Assembly: GCF_003918875.1 (NCBI RefSeq)
Contig: NW_025767298.1
Coordinates: forward strand, 558,001 to 622,000
Direction: 5' to 3'
Source of the DNA: Haliotis rubra
Lineage: Eukaryota
Length of the DNA stretch: 64,000 nucleotides
The notes below the pieces were generated by a model. The model was not told where the DNA came from, did no database searches, and saw only the letters and a program-made list of their open reading frames with translations. A program made the position numbers and the translations under genes. Shown piece by piece: positions 50,501 to 61,215 of the stretch (position 1 is the first letter of the stretch; each line of letters begins with the position of its first letter).

Positions 50501-51000
50501 TCAATGTATCACGATATGAGTGAAATTGACGTTTGGATAAGTTCCTTTGCTGTGGTTAACGGTGATACTATGACAAATATGAGCTGTTGCAATACTTTTC
50601 TATATGTATATATATCGATGATTTGATGTTTTTATGACGTGCCGCCATATTCCTTTTTCACTGACGTTCATCTTGATGACTCGTTCACCCATTTCACGAA
50701 TCAACCTTATTTCAGGCCACCAAACAAGGTCATTATCGCAAGCCAATACCATGGCTCCAACAGCAAAACAGAGATTAATTTCGAAATATGTATTGAAGCT
50801 TTTATAAAGTATTTCGCCCTACCGTAAATATCTACATAAAGTGAACACAGCAACTAAATAGATAAGTGCCTCTGGGTTTCACACGATAAGAACACACAAC
50901 CAAATATACAAAGTTTCACAAAGATAAGATATAATGTAATAACCAGGTTTGCTGACCTACCTGAGCGAACACTCGTAGTATGTTGGTCTTCGTCGGACAT
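37357..51000 (-). CDS. SLC6/NSS sodium:neurotransmitter symporter family transporter paralog B (597 aa, intact, atypical binding site)
   Basis: Coding exons (minus): 51000-50961 (MSDEDQHTTSVRS), 49614-49501 (RETWG..GYSVGDGTLLKFPYLCARNGGG), 48774-48643 (AFLIPY..GQY), 44010-43719 (LPWSTCGNYWNTPSC..EEFW), 42508-42376, 41884-41750, 41330-41227, 40961-40837, 40275-40163 (LAF..PEA..LGLDT), 39926-39798, 39180-39081, 38273-38173, 38027-37857 (YPEWA..GW) and 37461-37357. Total 1794 nt, phases consistent, no internal stop. Confidence 0.93.
43058..43267. repeat. Two related tRNA-like (B-box) units arranged back to back
   Basis: Minus unit ggctgagtgggttag..gctggcgatgaggcgcctg..gggttcgattcccagaccggactc. 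Plus unit ..gctggcgattaggtgcctg..gggttcgaatcccggatgggactc. Confidence 0.6.
43474..43642. other. Assembly gap (169 N), next to an (AAAT)n run, in intron 4 of paralog B
   Basis: Run of N. Confidence 1.
44225..44586 (+). mobile_element. L2-type LINE 3' end with an (ATT)n tail
   Basis: LRSAD..LLTIPR....FGFRSFSYGAPQLWNQLP..LK......FKSSLKTHLF*, then gtagcgctttgagcat..gcgcattataaat and (att)n. Confidence 0.85.
44900..48260 (+). mobile_element. Decayed CR1/L2-group LINE (2A-like motif, coiled-coil ORF1 region, APE, partly deleted RT, Cys motif), antisense in intron 3 of paralog B
   Basis: LLCSGGIKLNPGP; SRRDNVII; RAHRLG; SWNLNGL, CLTETF, CVYIPP, CGDMNART, ESDHQP (APE); LKSGKSPGPDQI; CPVC..IEDE...LFICDAY. 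Confidence 0.75.
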
Positions 51001-52794
51001 GTTGGAATTTCTTGTTGGTCCCGTTTCCTTTCCCTCTAAAATAATTTGTTACAATGTAATATTTCACAATCTTGTTTTACGTCATGTGAACAAGAACAAA
51101 CATTTCCAGCTACTTCAAAAAGCTGTAGCAAACACATAACCGTAGTTCGCATATACAGTACCCAGCAAGTGACCACCCACCCCACCCTCTCCCAAAAGAG
51201 ATCGTTATATCTGTCTGTTCGTTATAAGCTTATAAGCTTATTCACTCAAATCTTCAAGGAGGAAGGTATCAGAGATCAAAATACAAGTTTATTGCTCCAG
51301 ATTTCAATTTACTTAAATGTATTGAATATTTGACAGCCGAATCCAGAAAGCGTCTTTAATATAATGCTAGTTTTGAATTCATTTACCATATTGAACGTAG
51401 AAGTAGAAGGACAGTCAGACAGATACATAACTTAGCCTAACCTCGTACAACAGATGCAACATACAGACAATCAATAGGTTGTCGAGCCAACCATTTAGGG
51501 TTATGGAAGACTATATACACCAATAGCATTCTAAAATAATACATATACAACTAAAATATCCCAACTCTTGCACCGTTGAATACATCTTGATGTAGAAATG
51601 TTTTCCATGGTTCTGATAAAGGTTAGCAGTTTAGGGTGATAAATACCTCAGTTTAACGCTGGACGCAATAAAGAAAGTTTTGCATCGTCCCTTAAAGCAT
51701 AATAACATAATACAGCTTTAACTGACCTATAAACATTGCTAGGGCACATGCCATCAACTGTCTTCGATGGGTGTCATATACTTACCACCTAGCAACACCT
51801 TCCGAAGCCCTTCTAGCGAGTATGGCTGAGTGTGAAACTGGTTAAATACCCTGGAGCAAAAGCTCAAACACAGTTTTGTCACGTGAAAGTGCACATATGT
51901 GATTGGAATAGTTGGCAGCGTCATGCATGCACAATCTAGATCCACACCGTACATTTGGAATTGGTCTTCAGCAAACTATGCTTATCGTAAAAGGCGACAA
52001 TTTGGATCGGGTGGTCAGGCTCGCTGACATGGTTGATACATGTCATCGTATCCCAATTGCGTAGACCGATATTCATGCTGTTGATCACTGGGTTGTCTGG
52101 TCCAAACCTGATTACTTACAGACCGCCGCCGTACAGCTGGCATATTGCTGAGTGCGGCGTTAAAAATACCCGAACAAACAAGAAACCACTTTTTGGATTT
52201 CCGTTCCTTCATACTGTGTATTGTGGCGCAATAGAGGATGTTAATGTGTTCCATGTGTCTACAATTACAGCAGTCAGTTTCAGCTGACAGGCGGACAGAA
52301 GAGACCTATATTCACTCAAGACTTCATCGTATACCACAAGGAGGAAGGTATTAGAGATCAAAATACAAGTTTATTGCAACGGATTACATATTACTTGAAC
52401 GTATTGATTATCCGACAGCAGAATCTAGAAAGTATCTTTAAATTGATTATCATATTGAGCATAGAAGGACAGTCAGACAGATACTGTATTAAGTCTAACC
52501 TCGTACAACAGATGCAATATAGCGTCAATCAACAGGTTGACGTGGCACCCATTTAGCGTTATGAAAGACTATATACACCAATATGTTTCTAAAATAATAC
52601 ATATACAACTAAAATATTCCAACTTTGGCACTGTTGCATACATCTTCATGTAATGTTTTCCATTCTTGTTATAAAGGTTAGCAGGTTTTGACCTAAACAT
52701 GTATCATTAACGCTTTACATGATAAAAGAAAGTTTTTCTTTGTCCCTTAAAACGATGAACATGCCAAACATTTCACTGCAGGTTGTTTAAAGAA

Positions 52795-52875
52795 CATTAT
52801 TAAGACCCAATACCTAAACCTGGACGTGATCATACTGATCCATCAGACTACAGACCTATCTCACTAACAAGCTGG
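52795..52875 (+). mobile_element. Short LINE RT fragment
   Basis: PIPKPGRDHTDPSDYRPISLTS. Confidence 0.65.
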
Positions 52876-53637
52876 ATCAGCAAGGAAATGGATCAGCACA
52901 ATCATTTCCATTCAGCTCCATATAATCAAAGAGGTCATCAGTTGTCATAAATTGACCAATTCGTCATCGAGCTCCTCTAGCGTCCTTTATGTTGGCAAGG
53001 CAACCAAAAAGTAGTCGCACCGCCATTTTGGAAGTGGGCCGAAGCACTTCGAGCTGCTGTAGATCCAGGATGGGCAAATAATCGAAGTGACTTGTGGCTT
53101 ACGACGCACCTGTTCCGAAGGGTTGTATCTTAGCAATAATACATGGATCTACAGGACATTATTCGTATTTTACACTGATGTGGTTCAAGTTTTATGGGGA
53201 CATTTTGTTTGGCTACACCAAGCAACATATAAGCAGATTTTGTAGAACCGAGCAATCCCAGGAAAACAGAGGTGGACCCAACGCCATGTCATTAATCCAT
53301 TCCACACAACCGATGTGTTCGCGTTTTGAAATTGTATCACAACACTCTAGTCTACTCGCCTTATTTGACACCTGTTTATTTATGTAATTAAAAGCGAGTA
53401 AAACAACAATGGAAGTACTTTTGAATACATAGTGCTTTCTTAGAAAGTGGTAGCATAATTGTAATAATAAAAAAAAATTGTAACTAGGATTTGAGTCCCT
53501 TTATGGACACGAACCCATACTCCCAGAGTGAGATGCCTAATCTTCAGCACTCAAAGTCATTGATTGTGACCATTCAGCTGCCACAGACAATAATTAGTGG
53601 TCAGTTTGAGTTCGTTATGACTGCAGTAGGCTTAGAG

Positions 53638-56150
53638 AATAACCCACGAGGTACGAGTGATTACGGGAAATATGTCCCGAGTTGAAATTAATGTTCACTG
53701 TCCCGAACATTAATTTCACGAGGAACATATTTCCCATATTCACTCGTACCTCGTTGGTTATTTTTTTTATTACCCATTCTGTAATTAAACCGAGAAACCA
53801 GTACTTATGAACTCAAAGCCGCACCTCGTTATGTGTTTACAACGTAATCAGCCTATCCGTATTAATGCGCAGAGGAAACCAAACGGCTCACGCCTAATGG
53901 AATCGCATACGAACCCCAATATAGTACTGTAGAAAACGGTATGAAAAACAACGCAATTCATCAGTTTCCAAATTCGTTTCATAACGATTTTATTACCCAC
54001 ACCCCCCTGTAAAGATTAAGTTTATTTTTAACGAGTACACTCGCATATTTATTATTTAGTCGTAGATCGCAAATGTGTAGCCTAGATCTACTCGTGACAG
54101 AAAGTGGGTGGCTGTGGTTGGATACAAAACAGCAAAAACCTGTCAATTTTTTTCAATGTTAACTGATACAACAGTGCAAATCTGCAAGAGAAGAATAAAA
54201 CGCAGGAATGGTGAACTTTTTTCTAAGAAGACAGTTCACAATTATTAACGTTTGTCAACATTTTGACTTTGACCTAGTTTGGGCTCGCGTCAGTGTCCAT
54301 GTCAGGAACGATAACTCCAACTTGAGTCTGAGTCCGAGTCGACAACAGGCAAAATACGCCTTTTCGGTGCAGGTGGTTGGTTGAAAGAAGAATCATTTGA
54401 AATAGTGAAGTTGAATACTCCACCGTAAATTGGACCAGAAAAAAGAGTATGAACAGCATGGATATCATGGGAAACTGAATTCATCTGGGACATGACTGAT
54501 TGGGACTGATTCGACTGAGGCTTTGGTGCATTTTGTAGGCAAGGGAGAGACAGGCCTGTGTCACGTGGTGTGGAATCACAGTTGGACGACAGAAGTCTGT
54601 TGATGTTTTGGTGTTGTTTTTCATTCATTGTGGAATAACTGTTGATGGATTGAACGTTTTGTGCCCTGACACTTGCATGATCTGGTGAGCTGGAACACCT
54701 TTGTCAGACAAAGTTTGAATCATGCGTTTCCTGGCGCTATGGTTTGTCAACCGTTTTTATTAGAAAGAAGTTTAGTGGTGTCAAGGCACGGTACGACTTG
54801 TAAACAGCGACTGGACAACACAGATCCCCAGGTTGTGCCCATGCTTTAGGAGCAAGATCGCGAGACTGGTCACCCTGACGGGTTTTTGACTGCCGTTGAA
54901 TATACTGGAGATATTCTCGGTTCTCTGAATCAACTGTGTTACATCACCCCATTGGATACGCATGTGCGGGGACGCCGATCTCAAGCCAAAATATACCGTG
55001 TTGTTCCACCATAATGTGTTTAAAATGGAATCTGACGTGCTGGTGACTAGTTGGCCACATTGACGGAGTTTCTGTAATTCAGTGTCGGATACAGGATCAG
55101 CACCGAATGATAGGTTTCCTTTATTTTGATTTTTTAATGACTTGAGTTTTGATTTCAAAACCTCCCTCAGTTTCATGAAATGCATTGACTCGGCTAACAC
55201 ATGTGAGTACCCATTACGCTTCAAATAGCGTTCAACGCTACCCTTTATTCCCCGGAGGGAAGACAGTTCATACTCCGAACCATCAGATTTGCTTGCAGAT
55301 ATGAAAAATTTACATAGGATAGTGTTCAGTTCATGGGGGGCAATGTCTTCAAGTTGTCTTGGATCATTAAGACTCTCGCGAAGAAATCTATAAACAAGAT
55401 TCATGTCCAATTTTGTCTTTTTCATTGTGTTTTCATTTTCGTTCGCAGCCAAGAAGTTATCAATGTCATGGTCATAAACAGGCACAAACCTGTCAAAAGT
55501 TTTGTTTTCGATTGGGGGGTCAAACAAATAATCTTGTAGAAAGTCATTTATGACACTCTGGGGCAGGTGGGGGCTTTGGTGAGAAGCCGACTCGCTCGAG
55601 ATTGTTTCCAGCAACACTTTCAGTCTGTACCTTGCAAGTTCCATTTCTCCATATTCCGTGGTTATCACATACACGTGAAAGGAATTTAGCGGTTGTGTTA
55701 TTCTTGTTACACGTCCTGTAATGTCTCCGTCCACCTTGACCAGGTCATTGACTTTGATTGACGTTAACTGGGTAGCCATGTTTGTTTACAAAGACGACTT
55801 TATGATTATCAATTTTATACATTTTTTTATTACAAAAAATGTTAAGTAGACGACGCTGTATTGTTAATGAAGTATGAAATAAAACATTAAATTAGCATCA
55901 AAATCGAAATCCTGTATGTTGTTTTTGTTCTGTTTTTAAATCTCGAATAAGTGCGATTACATCACGGTCAATTTATCAATGAATCGATGAAACTTTATGA
56001 ATGAACGTAGTGTGTGAAAGTAGTTCCGGCATCCAATGAAAATGTACAAATATACGATCAACCAATCAACGTCGAGAATCACTAAATTGCACACTGTGCA
56101 AATATCAAAAAAGATATTACACGGGATCTCCTCACCCGTATGGGTAATAA
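53638..56150 (-). mobile_element. Crypton-like tyrosine-recombinase transposon (DUF3504), disrupted
   Basis: ORF 55779-54781 (NENTMKKT..LCKFF..KSDGSEYE.SSL..ERYL..FGLRS) continues out of frame as LTNHSARK..IMQVSGHK..SINSY, giving the R..HxxR..H..Y catalytic set. Terminal hairpin at 53638-53762. Inverted 11-mers TTATTACCCAT (53767) and ATGGGTAATAA (56140). Confidence 0.8.
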
Positions 56151-56532
56151 TCTGGTAATATCTGATATGCATTGGCATCTATAATGTAGTAATATCTGAT
56201 ATGCCCTGACATATATACTGTAGTAATTTCTGATATACCATTACATATATACTGTGGCAATATCTGATATGCCATTACATGTGTACTGTAGTAATATCTG
56301 ATGTGCCATTACATATATACTGTAGTAATTTCTGATATGCCATTACATCATATACTGTAGTAATATCTGATGTACCACTACATGTATACTGTAGTTATGT
56401 CTCATGTGCCCTAACAAATATAATGTAGTAATATCTGATATGCCATTACATAAATACTGTAGTAACATCTGATATACCATAACATATATACTGTAGTAAT
56501 ATCTGATATGCCATTACATAAATACTGTAGTC
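56151..56532. repeat. 34-bp satellite array, segment 1
   Basis: Unit ctgtagtaatatctgatatgccattacatatata, about 11 copies. Confidence 0.95.
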
Positions 56533-59500
56533 ATTTGTCTTGTTTTGTTCTCATGACTTTCCACTTAGTTATGTACGGAACAAACTATCTTACAGAACAA
56601 CTAAGAACATGTGATATTGTCTTTGTATGTGAACACTGGCTTCAATCGCATAATGAACATTTCCTTGAGTCCATAAACAGTGATTTTAATGTGTTCGTTA
56701 AATGCTCGCAACAACACGAACGTAATCAACGCGGATCTGGCGGCGTCTGCTTCTTCATACGTTCTGCTATATGTCGATCTATGCGGCAGATTGACACACC
56801 AAGTGACAGGATAATAGAAGTTGAAATCAAACTTTCTTCACAAAGCTTATTTCTACTCGGTACCCACCTCCCGTCGTCCAATGCTCCTGATAGTGCTTAT
56901 ATAGAAGCTCTCAACGACGTTATGGCATTGTATGACATTTATTCTCAGATTGGTACTACTTTGATTATGGGAGACTTTAATGCAGACCTACGGCAAGCTG
57001 GTGCGTTGAAACTGCGTGCTTGACATCTGTGGCGGGCTGAGAACACAATACATCTATCATCTGTTATACCTCTACACGACAACATGGCGTACTCCTACAG
57101 AAACAAAAGTGAAACTGTCAAATCGCTGATAGACTACATATTCATTAGAGAGGACAACATGAGCAGTGTGTTAACCCACTGCATAGATACCAACGCTCCC
57201 TTCACAGTATCGGACCATCTATCTGTGATGATGACCTTCAATGTTCTACCAGAACCAACTCAGTCTAGTGGATATAGACTGAACTGGCGTAAAGCAAGCT
57301 GTGACGAACACACCCTCTATCGCCATGAAACAGAAAACTGTTTCCGTGGACTTGATTTTACCCCTGATAGTTATTTATGTGCTAGTGACTGTATTGAAGC
57401 ACATAATGAGTACATTACCCAATGTCTTCTAGCAACAGCTGTTGCATACATTCCAGTAACTTCTTTCCGACCATATCTTAACCCTGGCTGGAAGAGAGAC
57501 AATATTAAACCCCTCCATGTTGATATGCGAAGAAGACGTAAGATTTGGGTAGAAAAGGGTAAACCACGCTCAAAATATGATGTTTCATATGTACAATATA
57601 AACAAGCAAAGTCTGTGTTCAGAAGAATGTTTAGAACATCTAAGCGATAATCGGAAAATGAAAAGCTACAGGAAGTTTATAATGCTGCTGATTTGGACAT
57701 AAACGACTTTTTTAGAACAACCAAACGATTGAAAAATAAAACGGGGCATATAAGAACCCTAACTTCTGAATCTGAAATTAGCAGCACTTCTCAAGAGATA
57801 TGTAACTCATTTGGCAAATATTTCTGTAAACTTGCTACACCTTCTGAACTAGACGATTATGATGATGATTTTCAAAAGGGTGTTTGTAAGGAAATGTCTT
57901 CTATTGTTCACAACAAGCAAGATATTTTCCAAGAAATATTGGATGTTCCATTTACCAGTGATGAAATCGTCTCTTCATTAAAACGCCTTAAGAATGGCAA
58001 ATCTCCTGGCCCTGATAGCTTGTGTAATGAGCACTTAAAGTATGCAGGCAGGTCCCTAACATCCCAGCTCTGTGTCCTGTTTAATAACATCTTAAAGTAT
58101 GAGTATATCCTAGAGATATATAATATTGGATATATCATACCAATACATAAAGGGAAAGGGAAGAGTAAATGCGACCCCTCCAATTACCGTGGGATAACCC
58201 TTACATCAACTATAGGCAAACTATTTGAACGTCTCATTTTGTCTAGAATTGAAAGATGGGCTTCACTTCAGCTAAGTTACTATCCACATCGCCTCCAGTT
58301 TGGGTTTCGAAAACATCTTGGAGCTGATACAGCCGCACTGACCTTGATAGAAACCATTTCATACTATAAAGAAAGATAATCCCCAGTGTTTTGTGCATTT
58401 CTCGATAATGAGAAGGCCTTTGACCGAGTTTGGTTGGATGGATTGTTTCTCAAACTGTATAATCTCGGTATAAGAGGTAAAATCTGGAGACTGCTTCGAA
58501 TGTCATACTTGTCCATGCAATCATGTGTTTCCTATGCTGGTTTCCTGTCTGATATAGCTTTAGAATCAGTCAAGGTGTAGGACAGGGGCGAGTCATTTCC
58601 GCTTGGCTATTCAGCCTGTACATCAACGATCTAATGCAGAGTTTAGATAAGTCGGGTCTAGGTCTCCAGCTTCCATGGGGACACTGTCCAGGTATTCTTC
58701 TTGCTGATGATACTACTTTAACCTCCAGCAATCCACATAATTCTCAGACTCTTCTAGAAGCTGTGTACGGTTATGGTTTGAAGTGGAAATTGAAGTATAA
58801 CGTCAGTAAAAGTGCCTTGCTTGTATTCAATACAGACAGATATCTTACACCAGCTAGTCTGTATCTTGGTTCTGTGGCCATCCCTCTCATGCAATCTGTT
58901 ACGTACGCTGGAGTTCAGTTGTCTTCATGTAATAAATCGTATGATAGAACAATGTCATCATGTGAAAAAGCACGTAAACTGGTTAATATGTACCATGACC
59001 TTGGTTTGTGCTATGGTTCACTCAATCCTATTTGTGCTTGTCGTATATGGAACAAAGTCATTTTACCATGTGCTTTATATGGTTGTACTGTCTGGAGCAG
59101 CTTAACGTCAAAAGAATTGGACGTGTTGGAGTTAACACAAAGGTATTTCTGTAGAAAGGTACAAGGTCTGCCTAAACGCACTGCTTCTCTTGTGGTTCTA
59201 GATACCCTGGGCCTACTGCCAATTCAAGGGTATATAGAAAAATCTTGTTTGCTTATGTTTGGTAGAATCTGCCGTCTAAATGATGCCTATGTTGTTAAAC
59301 AATTATTTCTTCATCGTCTATTTGAATCCAGATGTATGACTACCATTGGTAAATCCCCGTCACCTATCCTGTACATGGTTAAGCTCGTAAACAAGTATGG
59401 CTTGTTTGACGCTGTTAATACATACATCACAACAGGGGTTATATGTACTAAAGCAAAATGGAATGATATTGTTAAATCCAGAATCTGTGATGCTTACGAG

Positions 59501-60023
59501 AGTCTGTTGTGTCATCAGATAGCAGTGAGAGAGAATCTCTCCAGATATTGCCTTATCCGAGAGCCTTTTAATCCAAGTAGACTGTGGGAACTAGCCTTGA
59601 TTAAAAAGCCTAAATTTTACAAACTCTCTCATATTATTCACATTGGCTGTAAAAAGATTGAATCCAGAGAGTGTATATGTGGAATAGTAGCTTCTGATAT
59701 TTTTAAACATGTTATTATGTCCTGTACACATCTTAATGATCTGAGAAATGAAATGTTTGAAAGGATTTGTGATATTATATCAATATCTGATTTTGTTGAC
59801 TTTCTGATGACGATGTAATAATTGCTGATTTACTTGGTGGATCTTGTACAACACTTGGTAGCTTAAATATGACAGAATGGGCGGAAGTTATGTTATTAGT
59901 GGCTGATTTTATGTCAGTCTGTCATTCTGAAATATCTGCACAATTAACTGTCTACTGAGTCATTGTATATTCAACTTGACAATCTTCATATTTTTGGAGG
60001 AAATAAAGATAAACTATCTATCT
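56533..60023 (+). mobile_element. APE-RT LINE (CR1/L2 group), ORF2 nearly complete with several stops and a frameshift
   Basis: CEHWL, GSGGV, MGDFNA, SLIDYI, SDHL (APE); KSPGPD, NYRGITL, QFGFR, FLDNEKAFDRVW, (Q)GVGQG, LLADD (RT); CICG..HVIMSC; AATAAA and (CTAT)n 3' tail. Stops at 57021, 57648 and 58377; frameshift near 58560. Confidence 0.9.
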
Positions 60024-61215
60024 ATGCCATTATATATATACTGTAGTAACATCTGATATACCATAACATATATACTGTAGTAATATCTGAAATGCCATAA
60101 CATATATACAGTAGTAATATCTTATATACCCTGACATATCTAGTGTAGTAATATCTGATATGCCATTACATATATACTGTAGTAATTTCTGATACACCAT
60201 TACATATATATTGTAGTAATATCTGATATGCATTGGTATATATACTGTAGTAATATCTGATATGCCATTACATATATACTGTAGTAATTTCTGATATACC
60301 ATTACATATATACTGTAGTAATTTCTGATATGCCATTACATCACATACTGTAATAATATCTGATGTACCACTACATGTATACTGCAGTAATGTCTCATGT
60401 GCCCTAACAAATATACTGTAGTAATATCTGATATGCCATTACATAAATACTGTAGTAATTTCTCATGTGCCATTACATATGTTCAGTAGTAATGTTTGAT
60501 ATACCATTACATGCATACTGTAGTAATATCTCATATGCCATAACATATATACTGTAGTAACATCTGATATACCATAACATATATACTGGAGTAATATCTG
60601 AAATGCCATAACATATATACAGTAGTAATATCTTATATACCCTGACATATATAGTGTAGTAATATCTGATATGTCATTACATATATACTGTAGTAATGTC
60701 TGATACACCATTACATATATATTGTAGAAATATCTGATATGCATTGGTATATATACTGTAGTAATATCTGATATGCCATTACATATATACTGTAGTAATT
60801 TCTGATATACCATTTCATATATACTGTAGTAATTTCTGATATACCATTACATATATACTGTAGTAATATCTGATATGCCATTACATCATATACTGTAGTA
60901 ATATCTGATGTGCCATTACATATATACTGTAGTAATTTCTGATATGCCATTACATCATATACTGTAGTAATATCTGATGTACCACTGCATGTATACTGTA
61001 GAAATGTCGCATGTGCCCTTTCAAATATACTGTAGTAATATCTGATATACCATTACATAAATACTGTAGTAATTTCTCATGTGCCATTACATATGTTCTG
61101 TAGTAATGTTTGATATACCATTACATGCATACTGTAGTAATATCTGATATGCCATTACATATATACTGCAGTAATATTTGATATGCCCTGACATATATAC
61201 TGTAGTAATATCTGT
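60024..61215. repeat. 34-bp satellite array, segment 2 (about 35 copies)
   Basis: Same unit as 56151-56532. Confidence 0.95.

Noticed and set aside
60030-60950. Repetitive YQILLQYICNGISD ORFs
   Set aside because: Translations of the 34-bp satellite; the unit is not a multiple of 3.
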